The notes beneath the pieces are model-generated. The model saw only the letters and a list, made by a program, of their open reading frames with translations. It made no database searches and was not told where the DNA came from. A stretch of DNA of 62,978 nt, the filler included, from Hyphochytrium catenoides (lineage: Eukaryota; Protista; Hyphochytriomycota): assembly GCA_900088475.1 (NCBI GenBank). It is 7 parts of 7 records of this genome, joined end to end, with 100 filler letters (N's around TTAATTAATTAA, not from the genome) between each part and the next. Parts side by side here need not be neighbours in the genome. Positions count along the whole stretch, not along the records: positions 1 to 4,971 come from FLMG01003848.1; positions 5,072 to 17,164 come from FLMG01004746.1; 5 more parts are not named here. One strand, written 5' to 3'. Shown here one piece after another: positions 1-12,171 of this stretch (positions are counted from its first letter, which is position 1; each line of letters opens with the position of its first letter). The position numbers were made by a program, and so were the translations under genes.

Positions 1-1574
1 CATAAGCTCTTCATACTCACTTCGAGCATATCAGTAGAACACATAACCTATAATATAAGAGTGTCTTCAAATCCCATACATTATAACAGAAAGTAAGGGT
101 GTTAGTGTTCGAACACAAAGCAGCTGCATCGTTTCTCAAGGAGGGCTTACTTCATCCTTGTCATCTGAATAACATAATTGTGAAGTCATCAAAGCAAGAA
201 AAAAGAAATCCGGATGATTAAAGAAGGAGGTGGCATCCGGCGATATAATCGGACCGTACACCTGGGAGGATGAGAGGAGGTAGAAGGTTTTTCTCAGCAG
301 TTGTTGACCTTCCTCCATGTTATCATCTTAGCTAACACAAAACAGCATTGAGAATTGCTGTGTAGTAAGTTCGAATCGAGTATCCTCAGCAGCATGGCAA
401 CAGATGGTTGTTCACACCGTATTGGAGAACTGTGGGCTGGTCGAGAAGACAGCATATTGCCGAAAAAAAAAGACGAAGAAGGTTGACAATTGTACAGCGA
501 CGGCATTGAAGAGGGAGGAGTGAGGTTGCAGCCCACCACTATGTTACTACAAGTAAAAAAGAAGCCGTCACATTTCCTAGACAAACCCCACCACTGTCCG
601 ACGCCACTTGCGAGTATCACCGCCGTTCAGCATTGGCCACGGAACAGAAGAGCAGAGTATTCTACTACTAGTACTAAGCATGGTGGTCTACTCCTTCCGT
701 GATATAGTAGAGCAGGCGAATCGTGATGAGCAGAAGTGGGCCCAGGGTAGGGTATTATCGTCAGGAAGGTAACGACAGAGAGCAATCCAGGAAAAGCGCG
801 AAAAAAGAACAGGCTAACTCTCAGACGGAGACCTGTTCGAAACAGTCTGTCGCCGTAGTCATTATTTCTTACCCTAAGAACCATCTACTACGAATGTAGA
901 GGGATGATGATGATGAAAGATTGCATCTCTACCTACCATATATATTCTTGACCACTACTACTGTCTCCTTCTCTTCTTCTAGTTGCATAGCATCATTCCT
1001 CAATACATAAACATCACTCGCTTCTGCTTCCGCTTCATTCACGCAATGGCGGCCAATCAGGTTTTAGACTTTATTGTCCGTCCTCTCACTTGAGGCGCGA
1101 AGAAATGAGAGGAGGTCCCTACGGCTGCTGGGCACCCACGGCGACTCTCTAATTGATCCAGCCGCATCTCCATCCCTCACCTGCCTACGGTAAGAAAGAA
1201 CCACCAAAGAAAGAAAAGCAAGGTACAACCTGCCACTTTTGCCTTAATGTAGCATCTTTCCCATTTTTAAAGTGCTGCTCATCAAGCAGAGCAACCTTGC
1301 TGTAGTCGGCTCTCTATGATTACCAAGTTACCAAGGCTGCTAAAAAGAGTAGCATTAGAACTACTTGGGGGTCGAAGGACTACTGCTGGTCGCCAACTCA
1401 TCCTCCGTCTCTTCGGGTTGCTTAATTTAGAAGATCTGAGTGCTGTGATTTTTAGTAGCTTCATCACCCTCTTCTTCTCCCTTCTCTGATTATTTAAGGA
1501 AGAAGATTAACGAGCTTGAGACAGGATTTTTTGTAGGAGCGCCGCGGTTCTGTTCTATAATCAATACAGCAGGC

Positions 1575-3065
1575 AAGCCTGAGGGCTCGCCCTTTTAGAT
1601 AGGGGTAATCCAGCCTTGACTGGCAGGATTATTTGTACGAGTAAATCGTACTTTACTTGCTCAAGCAGGATTAGACCGTAGTACTCCCTTCTTTATTAGC
1701 TTGGACCTCTTTTAGAGACTATTATTCGCAGCAAAAATTGAGATATGATGAATAATAACCGAGTATATTTGTTTTTTATTTGGAATAGTAGCCGGGTATA
1801 TTTGTGTTATAACAATAGCTGGTAGGTCTAATAACAGCTATATATATAACTACAACAGGGAGGACTTTGGAGTGGATTTGGTCCCGCAGTATAGTATGGG
1901 GAATAGGGAAAAGCGGAACAACGACTACAGAGTACAGCGTCAAAAAGAACTACAGTACAATTGGACTATACATTACCGAAATCTGCCCCCTTTGGTGCAA
2001 CAGATACACCCTTTGGCATTTTTTGAAAATGAACTCTTGAACCCAACGACGAACAATATGCTTTTGATGAATTTATCAATAGCTTTTGGCTGCGCCTAGG
2101 GCTCGCCCGACGTTACTAGTGCGTAATCCAGCCTTCGGCTGTATTATTAGTGGAAGATGCTTGGATCACTGATTTAGTTGTACAAGTAACACCAGGAGCT
2201 CTCCATTCCTTCTACATGTAGGCCTAGAGAACTGAGAACTAGTTCTATCTGTAGAACTATTTCCTAAGCCTTAGGTAGACTCTCTTAAGGACCTCCTCCC
2301 TACTCGTTCACCCACGCTTCCTACAGCAGAGCAGTGAGTGAGTGAGTGAGTGAGTGGATGGCGAAACTTTCTCAACTCTCGACTGCTGCAGGAGTTGCAG
2401 GAGTTGCGTGAGACAGGATTGTAGGTGATTGCGTCTCAGGTAATATGAGGTTAGAACACAAATTCGCGTAGACGCACGCGATGGGTCTCGGCTTCTGGTG
2501 ATACGTCTCGCGTTACAAATTCGAGTTATGTTCATAAAAACCCTTTCGCTTCTTCTCTGACCCCTTTCGTATCACCAGAGTACACAAAGAGCCAACCCAA
2601 AGAAAAAGCCCAAACAGTGATTAGTGAAAAACCAACTAGTGAAATTTTGATCACAAACACACACACACGCACACACAGACAGACACACAGACAACACGAA
2701 AAAGTCCATTCGTGCTGAAGCCCCTGTGGGTTGAAATTGAGGCTCGCCCTTCGGGCTCGCAATTAGTTGGTGATTACAAAAACTGACCAATCACAGAATT
2801 AACGACGTTTGCATTTGTTTTCAAAGTCCTTTTGGCTTCTTTTCAACTCCCTTTCATGTTCCTATCTACGGAAGCACTTACATTTATTCGAACCAAGAAA
2901 GCATATCGAAATGGTGATTGGGAACAAATCATGAATTAACGTCAACCTCGGAATTGTGCTTGTCCAGGGGTACGATTTACTACCTGTGAACAGACAGACA
3001 GACAGACACACAGACAGACTCAAGGCCCTCCCGCTGGGAAGGCATCAAACCGCTTCGCTCGATTC
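1575..3065 (+). mobile_element. Cluster of non-autonomous Helitron/Helentron-like remnants
   Basis: Repeated GC hairpins: GGGCTCGCCC ~1584 and ~2099 (the latter followed by CTAGT), TAATCCAGCC-TTC-GGCTGTATTA ~2125, GCCC-TTC-GGGC ~2746. (GTGA)n at ~2334 and (AC/ACAG)n tracts at ~2655 and ~2990 lie upstream of hairpins. Confidence 0.45.
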
Positions 3066-3296
3066 CTTTGTTCTCTCTATCGTTTTGTAGCTGAGATGTA
3101 GGGGCTGTCTTTATTGGCGTTAGATAGTCCTTGCTCCTTGGTAGTGGGATACCTTTCTATGGAGCATAATATTATACAATGGTACTTCTAGTGTAGTAGT
3201 ATATCAACGTCATGGTTTAGAGGAATCAATTGTCTCTTCCATAGTAGTAGTAGTAAGTATACACGTTAGTACTAATACCAGTTCTATATTTATTCT

Positions 3297-3871
3297 TTAT
3301 TCAAGTAGGGATCTTCTGCTTTTTTTACCTCCGTTTGTCTGGCTCTCAGAAGCCTTTTTGCTCAGCAGCAGTGATACTGTGATACGTCTATTCTCCTTCT
3401 CTATCTCCGCTTGGCTGTTCTTCGTCAATAATCTCCTTCTCTCTGCATCAGATTTACGATCACGCTCCTTCTCTTCAGCTGTGCGGCTGTTTCTCAGCAA
3501 CTTCCTCTTTTCTGCAGCCGCTTTCCGATCAATTTCCATCTGTTCATCCGTTCGGCTATTTCTCAAAAATCTCCTTCGCTCAGCAGCAGCTACTTTTCGA
3601 TCCATTTCCTTCATTTCGTTGCTCCGAGCAGCTCGGTATTTCCTCATCCGTTCTACAGCGGCAGAGGAGGAAGTGGTTTGTTTGCCCTTCCTTTTGTCCG
3701 TAGTAGGCTCCCTCTTCATCTTCTGCTGCTGCTGCTTTCTGCTGCTCTTTGACATTCTTCCCGTTCTGCAGCGGCAGAGGAGGAAGAAGTGGTTTGTTTG
3801 CCCTTCCTTTTGTCCGTAGGCTCCCCCCTCTTCATCTTCTGCTGCTGCTTTCTGCTGCTCTTTGACATTCT
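3297..3871 (-). pseudogene. Decayed ORF with ~23-aa STPR-like charged helical repeats (Helitron N-terminus-like)
   Basis: RSNEMKEMDRKVAAAERRRFLRNS / RTDEQMEIDRKAAAEKRKLLRNS / RTAEEKERDRKSDAERRRLLTKNS; an out-of-frame 113-nt tandem duplication at ~3655-3871. Confidence 0.4.
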
Positions 3872-4971
3872 CACCTCCCTCACCATCTTCTTCTTTTATC
3901 TCTTCTTCTGCCCCTCCTCTGCATCCTTCTTTCACGTTGTTGTCACTTTCTTCTTCTATTAACAGCCTGCGTTTGATTGGTCCTTCACTAATAAAAAAAC
4001 TGCAACAACTCTCTTCTTCCCTAAAGTGATGAATGAGGAAGTGACTGGGTCTTAACTCATCACATACAACCAAACAGGCAGATACGATATTATATAGGAA
4101 GCTCCAGCACCCTTCTTCTTTCATCATGAGCTGCAAGCAAGCAACAAGCCGCCTTTTCAGCAGCAGTTTCCAAGAAAGACAGATAGACAGAGGCAGGTAT
4201 CTTCTTCTCAAACGGTACAATACAGTATCTGATAGTGATAACGGGCGTCAATACAGGTTCATCATTGTGCATCTGGAACTGTTTTACGTCCAAATCAAAA
4301 ATTTGTCGGAAGGTGTACTATTGTATCGAGGGTTATATAACCCATATTGCCATGGCATTTCGTATCATAAATGTCTGTTTTACTACTACCAAGCGGACAG
4401 ACAGTCAGGCAGACGCACAAAATCGGTAAACAGCTGTTCTGTCGGACTAAGCTGTAGAACTAGTGTGAAGTAAATTACCCCGACAGGCGATTTGTTGGTG
4501 GAAGTTAGTGCCACAGCCGGTACCAGTGTCGGACGAGGTGATGCACTGAAACGGCTTACCCCAATGAGTTTTGCCTGTTGACTCTAGAAGACGTGGTAGT
4601 ACGTTCTCCCAATGTCAGGCTAAGTTTTTCCCATGAGAGAATCGCAAATTCTACATAAAAGTTTTTCAAAAATGAAAGAAAGAACATTCTCAATTCTCAA
4701 CGTTGAGATCGTTTACCTCAATATCGGGCGAACTTACTCCCTTGGCCGTTGGCTTTACTTCCGCCAACTAGTGGTGGAATACAGTAGCCGAATGTTGGTG
4801 TAATTTATACCATGGATATCAAGGTAGGCTAGTTCCTCAAACAAGGGCCAAACTTACATTAATGTTGGAATAACGTCGATCAACAAAATTGACCGGGAAG
4901 GATGGAAGGAGTGATTGGGTGGTAAGAGCAACTGCACCGGGACACTGTAAACGAAACTTTATCTTTAAAAT

Positions 4972-5071
4972 NNNNNNNNNNNNNNNNNNNNNNNNNNNNN
5001 NNNNNNNNNNNNNNNTTAATTAATTAANNNNNNNNNNNNNNNNNNNNNNNNNNNNNNNNNNNNNNNNNNNN
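4972..5071. other. Artificial scaffold spacer (44N-TTAATTAATTAA-44N); identical spacers at 17165-17264, 40154-40253, 44000-44099, 51469-51568, 59601-59700
   Basis: The same 100-nt structure with six-frame stops occurs six times; sequences on either side are not physically linked. Confidence 0.97.
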
Positions 5072-5094
5072 GAGAAAGGTCTATGTAGGAGGAG

Positions 5095-6170
5095 ACGTAA
5101 AGCGAGTCTTGGGCAGACCTCTCTCCCCGCAATTGACTCCTCCTCTCCCATCTGCTGATGACAAAGCTACTACTGGGCTCACGGACTCTACCCATCCCCA
5201 GGGCTCCAGATCGTAACTTCCTTTGTTCTTCTTCGGCTGCTCACTCATGGCAACAGACAGGCAACGAACGCCAACCTGAAGAGTATCCCGTTCTTAGGCT
5301 CACCTTACCTCCCTCCTCTGACGTTTCAGCTAATAAAGAAACCTCTGCGGTTCCCTTGCTTACCGTATGGAGGCTACCACGGTCTCCTCAACATGGTCGG
5401 ACTCTTCACCCTTGTCGTCACCAGGTCTACCCTCTACCAACTTCTCAGTCGGGACGGCCAGACGCTCAGTCTTCCTATGAAAGATCTCAGATGTACTTCC
5501 CTGACCACTCCTGAGGTAAGAAGATATGTTCCAGCAGTAATGGCTTTGCATGGAGGAGGGAAGGCTGGGCAGGGCTCGTAATCATCAGAGAGAAGTCCGT
5601 GTTTGGTGGAGCTAAGTCTTTTGATTGTGTTCCCTTGCTGTTCTTTCTTCTCCAATGTACGCTTTGCAGTTTATAATCAACCAACTTCTTTGTCATCGCC
5701 ACCAAGCGCGTTGCAGCGAATCTGGAGGAGGTGCGGGAGGCCTATCCCTTCCGCCAACAACAGTCACAGCGTGTGGCAAACATCGTCGCGGTCGGGTTTA
5801 TCTTCCTCCTGGAAACACCTTTCTGGCTGAAGCATTTCCTGACGAGTGGCTCACTCACCAGAAGTATCAATGATAACCTACGATGGTTCACCATCTTCCT
5901 TTGGCTCGCCACATACCCTCCTCCCGTACCTCTACCTCATCCCTATTCAACAACTACTACCAAGCGCGCAGCAGGACACCAAGAAGAAGCAAGAAGCCCC
6001 TGCGCAGCACGAACTCTCTCATCAGCAGCAGCAGCAGCCGCAGCCAAGCCTCGAGAGCATCGCGAAGCAGCGGCAACCCGGAGTATCATCAGATTATCAG
6101 ACGCAGGGAAGGTTCCAGACGTCCAGGCAGCGACCTGCTAAAGGAGCTCTCAGGCTCAAAAGGCGGCCAA
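5095..6170 (+). pseudogene. Pseudogene copy of the 7TM-RGS gene (inverted relative to 12172-14040)
   Basis: Aligns by eye to the intact copy, including upstream DNA and the intron (GTAAG 5516, TTTGCAG ~5669). Has a ~0.5-kb deletion removing the start and TM1-3, frameshifts, and homology ending at the RGS-box start just before an N gap. Confidence 0.85.
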
Positions 6171-6424
6171 TGTTAGGAAACGGGNNNNNNNNNNNNNNNN
6201 NNNNNNNTTCCTCGGCCTGTGTAAGTGGAGAGGGCCGCACTAGAGTACTCTAGGCTAAGGTATGTCAAGGGGGATCCGTTACTGAAGTGGACGCTGGTCC
6301 ATGGTGGGAGGTTAAGGGGGCCCCTAGCGGCCCTGGGGGTTTCATGAGCCATCATCAGTCTGGAGCCTGTTCCCCATACATTTAACCCTAGAGGCAGACA
6401 CTGACCATCATCGTGTGAGGACGA

Positions 6425-6472
<48 letters not shown>

Positions 6473-7540
6473 AAGAGAGAGAGAGGGAGAGAGAGCACTT
6501 CTGGCTCCACATCCATCAACATCCTGGAGCCTAAAACAGCAGATCCAGAGCTGTCCGTCTAGCGCTGCTGGAGCCCTGCCTGCTCCCTCCATCGTACTCC
6601 GTCCCTAACCTCCTCCTCGTGATGAGGAGTCCAACCCGTTTGTTGACGCCGCTATCCTTCTCTCTCTTCTCTGCATGTCTCTCTCAGGATGAGTCCAGCA
6701 GACAAGATAGCCATCATCCTGGACTGGATATCTAGCGGGCAGGAGTTACTTGGAGCGCTAGCTCCTCCTCCCTCCTATGTGATACTAAGCCGCCACTAGC
6801 CACTAAGTTAATAAAGGCTCTGCTCTCCTCTTCATGATGGCGCCGGTGCCCTCAGCTATATTCAGCTCCCTCCCCAGCGTCCCTTCTATCTTTCGTCGCC
6901 TTTCTTCTCCTCCTCTTTCTCACCAGCCACCACCTTTCTGATTACGTCCTCAAAGGTCAACCTTCATTCGGCTAAAGCTGACTCTGTAACCTCCGTCGCT
7001 TGTCCCATCGTAGTAGTGGGCTCGTAGATGCCTTCCTCATTCTAGCTGAGTGATAGACAAGGCACCGCTGAGGGTGAGGATGTGCTGCCCTTCTTCATTG
7101 GCCATCATACAGGCGTTCTCCTGTCAGAGGAACTAGAACCCGAGCCCGCACCACGGCTCTCATCACCTTCCCACACTCCTTCCTATCCTCGCCAGGATGG
7201 GTCTCCCACGGAGAGAAAAAGAGGAGTCAGCAGTGCGTTCTGACAGCTTGTCAGGAGCTTTAGCCTAAGATTGGTGACTGCCGACGCATAGGAAGGACAC
7301 TGTGTGGGCCGCGGTACCTATGGCTCCTCGTCTTCACAACGCGAAAAGCAGTTCATTAGTGAAGCCACTTCCTACTCCTCCAGCAGGCCCTTACAAGGAT
7401 CAAGCTCCTCTTCAGAAGGTGACACTAGCACGTTAAGATATATATAACAAAGTTGCTCAACCTTTCTCAGTTTGACGGACACGCCATGGAGATAGCCGGC
7501 CCCTGCCTTCGTTCTCATCGACTGTCTCTCTAACGATAGG

Positions 7541-10500
7541 ATGCCCGTGGACATGACGTCTAGTGCCTTTGATGATGACGATGATTACGTACCGATTGAG
7601 GAAGAGCTTGAGCGGCTTCAGGCGAATGGAGCCGTGACCGCGTGCCTGCCAGAAGAAGGCGATGGTAAGCTGTTGGCCTCAAGGGCACACCATGTCCTCC
7701 TCGACAGCTAGGCATCACACAGAGCCCTGCTATCTTCCTTTCAGCTAGAAGTAGTGCCGACATCGCATCAAAAGGACCGAGCTAACCTCAGATGTCTAGG
7801 CTATAGAGTTGCTAAAGGACTGGATTCTTTGTGTTGGTTGTTTCTTCCGTCATGACAGCGAGATGACTAGATTCCTTCTTTTTTCCGTGTAGATCTCTCG
7901 AAGGTGGACTACCTGAGCACCGCGTTGCAGCTGATACTCGAGAAGGAAGCAGGTTCCTCTTGGCTACTTCCCACTGGGACGCTACGCGCTGCTACCCAGA
8001 TGCTGGACCCTTCCGTCAGAGATGACGAATGCAAACAGGAAGTGTTGGACATCTTAGGCAAGATGGGAGGTTTAACGGAGATGCAGCTTCAGGAGAAAGC
8101 CCTTCGTGCAGCGAATCCTGGCGCTTCAACGCAACTACCGCCCATTGAGGATCTTCTTGCCATCCTAGAACAGTTGAGCGTCAGGATGGCAACGAGAGAG
8201 GTTAGCGACGAGACGGAAGACGGAACGACGCGGGATGTTCTTTCCACGCCGCCCATCCCTCCATTTGGTCACTTCTGCAAGGAGCTAATCGTGGCCGCCT
8301 TTCTCTATCTGGCCCTTCGACACGGTATCGACGGCGACAAAGCTGCCCGGATGCTGACTTTCGTGAAGAGAGCAACCTTCCTGCAGCGTGCCTTCAACAA
8401 TCGGCTGCAGCCCGGTCTATACTTCATGGTAGAGGACGATAAGGAACCAAATCGCTTTATCCTGGCATGGAAGGAGGTAGGGATGATGACTCCTCTTTCG
8501 TTTGCCACGCAAACCAGCTAGCGGACGCTAACTTCTCTTACTTCTCCTGTCTGCCCTTGCTCTCGGCATTATCTGTTTTGGCAGGCTACGGAGCGTGGTG
8601 TCTCCCATACCAGGCCAATGTCGTCATCCCTGCGTAGAGGATCGATGACCCAGGGCGAGAGCTTTGTCATCCCAAGTTTCAGCTGCGCTGATCTGACTCA
8701 CTACTGGTGTAAGCAACACATTGACTCCGGATACCAGCTTATGGACCCTAAGATCGTCAGGTATCTGGTGCACAAGCTCTTGCACGACACCGGCTCAGTA
8801 GCAGTACAGAGCACCTCTTACAGAGACCAGGATCGCTTTGACGGCGCCGATCTAGATCCAGCAAGGGCCGAAGTCATGGACAGCTATGACCATGACTACG
8901 TTCTGTTGCTTGGTAAAGTTCAGTCTGGGAAGACGAGGGAGACTCTTCGCATGGCTTGGATGCGCTATCTGATCACCGGCGCGCCCAGCATCTTTCTCCT
9001 TCGAGGGTCGCAGAGCGCGTACTATGAGATGGGCAACGCTGTACAGACATTCAATGCAAGCGTTGATGCTGCGCTAGAAGAGTTGGAACAGAGTGGAGCG
9101 CGAGGAATCGTGAGAGATGTCTATCACATCCATTACTTTCACCTGCACAGCGGGAAAGTGAGCGGGATCCCTAAGAGGCTCATGGCTGAGAGGCGCTGCA
9201 TTGTGTATGCTCGCCTCTGTACTGCGATGAACGTACAGCGGCTGATGACAGTGGATGTCCCTCAGCTGATCAAATACTTCGGCGTGACCGCCGATGGTGC
9301 TCTCAATATCAACCTCTTCGTTGATGAAGCGCAGAACCTGTACCAGACCGAGGGACTTCGGACCAATCGCCTTGAATGCTCATTCTTTCAGGACTCCTAC
9401 TCTGCTGACCTCTTGAGAGAAGCGGTGGCAGACTATGTTCAAGGCCAACCAACCATGCCAGAAGAGGAAAAGAAGGCTATTTTGCAAGCCATCGACCGCC
9501 GAAGTCGCACGGGGTACCAGTTCTATAAGAGCTTCCGCTTGCGATGCGAGGTACTATGAGGGGCCAAGTGTATGCAACTGCTGCTCAGAGCAAGCAGATG
9601 CCAAGGTTCTAACTACCTGATCCTTTGCCTTTCCTATAATCCACGCTCTGCTGCTTAGGTTACCGCGACACCCGAAGCGTCGTACTTTGGAAGCCTAGAG
9701 AATCAACCTTCTCCCGTCATCCTCCGCCTGCCAGTCCCTCCGGACTACCGAGGGGACGATCTATCTCTGCCAGAGGGACAGCTCATTGGTGAGATCATTT
9801 ATGAGGACGACACGCTTGAGCCTATTAAGCCGAGGACGAAGGAGCTCCTGGCAACTCTTGATAGAGGCGGGGCGAAGCGGCATCCTCTGCAACAAACTCC
9901 TCACGTCATGAGAGCCCTGGAGGCAATCATTGCAGAGGCGGAGGCGGAAGAGAGAGATGGAGGTCACCATCATTTTATGATAGCTTTCCCAGCCACAGTC
10001 AACCAAGCCTATGACAAAGCAGCAGAGACAATCATTGAGATGTGGTCGCAGTGCAGACTGCCCGTGATCGTCCTGTGTGTCTATGGCAGCAGCAGCAGGA
10101 CCCACGACGGTAGCGCTCGCTTCCTGGGGAACGCTGCATCCATACCTTACCTGAAGAACGTCAACCGCGTTGACGGAGACTTGAACATTTCTAGGGCAAG
10201 GGACCGGACGCGACCGTTAGGCCAGATGATCGTATGTGACGATGGCGTCACCAGGAGGGTCGTGAACTGCTCGTTTGCCCAGTCAGGCCAGCTCTTCCTT
10301 TGGAAGAGCTTCCCAAGCGGAGAGCAAACCGTGGAAAAGGTCTCGCTGCCTCCCGAAGGTGATTTTCTTCTTCGAGATGGCTGCGTAGCAATCGAGGGCA
10401 TCGCTCCCAAATCCCAGTACTATGGCGTTCGAGACGTGATGGATCTGATGTATCAGTCTGCGCTAAAGTATGGAAAGTACAAGCCTCGCGATGTCATCCT

Positions 10501-11593
10501 CATCAGCATGGGCGATAGACTCATCAAGGAAGGGATCCCTCTAAAGACTAACTGCCACCATTGGGGCCCTACCGACATGGCTGTCGCAGGCACCAAATGG
10601 GTCAAGAAGAGTATGGATGCCTTGATTCAGCAGCTGGGAAGGCTGGCTGGGCCGCGACAAGCTGATGACAGGCCTCCCAGACGACATTTCACGCGCAAAC
10701 AAGGCATAGAATGGCGGAGGATTCTTCACACTGTGAAACAATGCGGCGACGCCGTCGATGCTGGGATTCGTTCCTCACCAGAGAAGCGTCCTCGTGAGGC
10801 GATTGCAAGCAGTAGTATGGACGGTCTCCAGGATTTGCCTGACGATAGCCTTCTCGTGAGAAAGAAGCTCCAGCCTGCAAACCTGATCAATGATCTGAAG
10901 CAGAACAGCAAGAGTACTTTTGGAGATGTCATTATCTCTGTTCCTCGAGGTCCAGTAGAGTCCGCAGGTCACCAGGAGCAGCCGAATCCTCAGGAGACCC
11001 ACGTCAACGAACCTGAGGGGCTACGTTACGGGTTAGGACGGTTGCAATGGCTCTTCAAACAACGTGAAGGTCCCGGCCTCCCTGTCACTATTGACGGATT
11101 GCTTACCAGACACACAGAGATCCCTGGGGTCTCCTCCCAGTGTATGAGAGATCGTGTGCGAAAAGACTTCTTGAAGCAGTGCAAGACTGACGAAGAGACT
11201 AGCGAGGACACCGCTGAAGTGCTCACAGACCATCGTGGAAGACTCAAAGCAGCCTTCACTATTGAGGAGCTTCAGACTCTGTTGCCCCACCTCAAAATGT
11301 GCCGGTCCAGGGACCCTTACGACCTGTTAGTGCCAGACATTGTAAGGGATGAAGGAGACCAGCACCGAGGAGTGACAGGCTTCTATTATGTGCCGCTTTT
11401 TCTTCAGATCTTTGTTGAGGACACCACGGAGCCGGTGAGATGGCTTCATGAGTGGAAGCAGAGAAGCAGAAGCAGGTATTGCATTAACAAGGACTACGAG
11501 CCCGTTATCCTTGAGAGGATGAAGAAGCTGGACCAGATGAGAGCGCCTGACTATGCTAACAGGAATAGCGGAAAGAAGGAATCCTTCTTCTAA
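7541..11593 (+). CDS. Spliced SF2 helicase/ATPase, Z1-associated-helicase-like, ~1202 aa; exons 7541-7664, 7893-8476, 8585-9550, 9659-11593 (5' start uncertain)
   Basis: All three GT-AG introns are phase-compatible with CTAAC branch sites. Motifs in order: GKVQSGKT, FVDEAQ, VTATP, LPVPPDYRG, GDRLIKEGIPL, DALIQQLGRLAG. Confidence 0.8.
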
Positions 11594-12171
11594 GCCATGA
11601 CATCGACTATAACTAATGCATAAGCAGTATGTTCTTCTTTCTGAGCAACGCGCTGTGCGGCGGCTAATCTCTTCAGACTCTTCACTAACTATATCTGGGC
11701 TCTTGATGACAATAGGAAGAAAGGGATGATGAACGGTGTCAAAGATCCACGAGCCCCCATACCTAGGGCTGGACCAGCATTGAGGGGCTAGCAGATGTTG
11801 GTGGGAAGGGAGGAAGTGCTAGTCTTTCGATTGATTAGACATCTAAGCACGGATAAGCGCAAGAAGAACGAGTCCGCTGTACCGTTGGTGGGTTGCTGCT
11901 CTTTTCTAGTTTGGTATCTAAGACGACAAGGGCTTTTCAGGGCTAACATCATACAGTCAAGAGCGGCGGCGGCTGTTGTCAAGCTTGCTAGCCAATTGCT
12001 GGAGGGACATAAAAGAGTGGAACCTTCATGCGGTTGTGAGTCCTGATAGATGGGATCGATCACTTTGTCATCGTAGAAGTAGTATCCCTCCTACTTCTTC
12101 TTGTCTTCCCATCCCCGGTCTCCGTCCTCGTAACCCGATCCGCCATTTGAAAGGAGCAGGCAGGCATAACA

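Noticed and set aside
5016-5027. Repeated TTAATTAATTAA palindrome as a biological motif
   Set aside because: Always centred in 88 Ns; an assembly linker. Cross-scaffold gene neighbourhoods are therefore meaningless.
8477-9658. Two 108-nt phase-0 introns as introner elements
   Set aside because: Equal length, but no sequence similarity or terminal inverted repeats.
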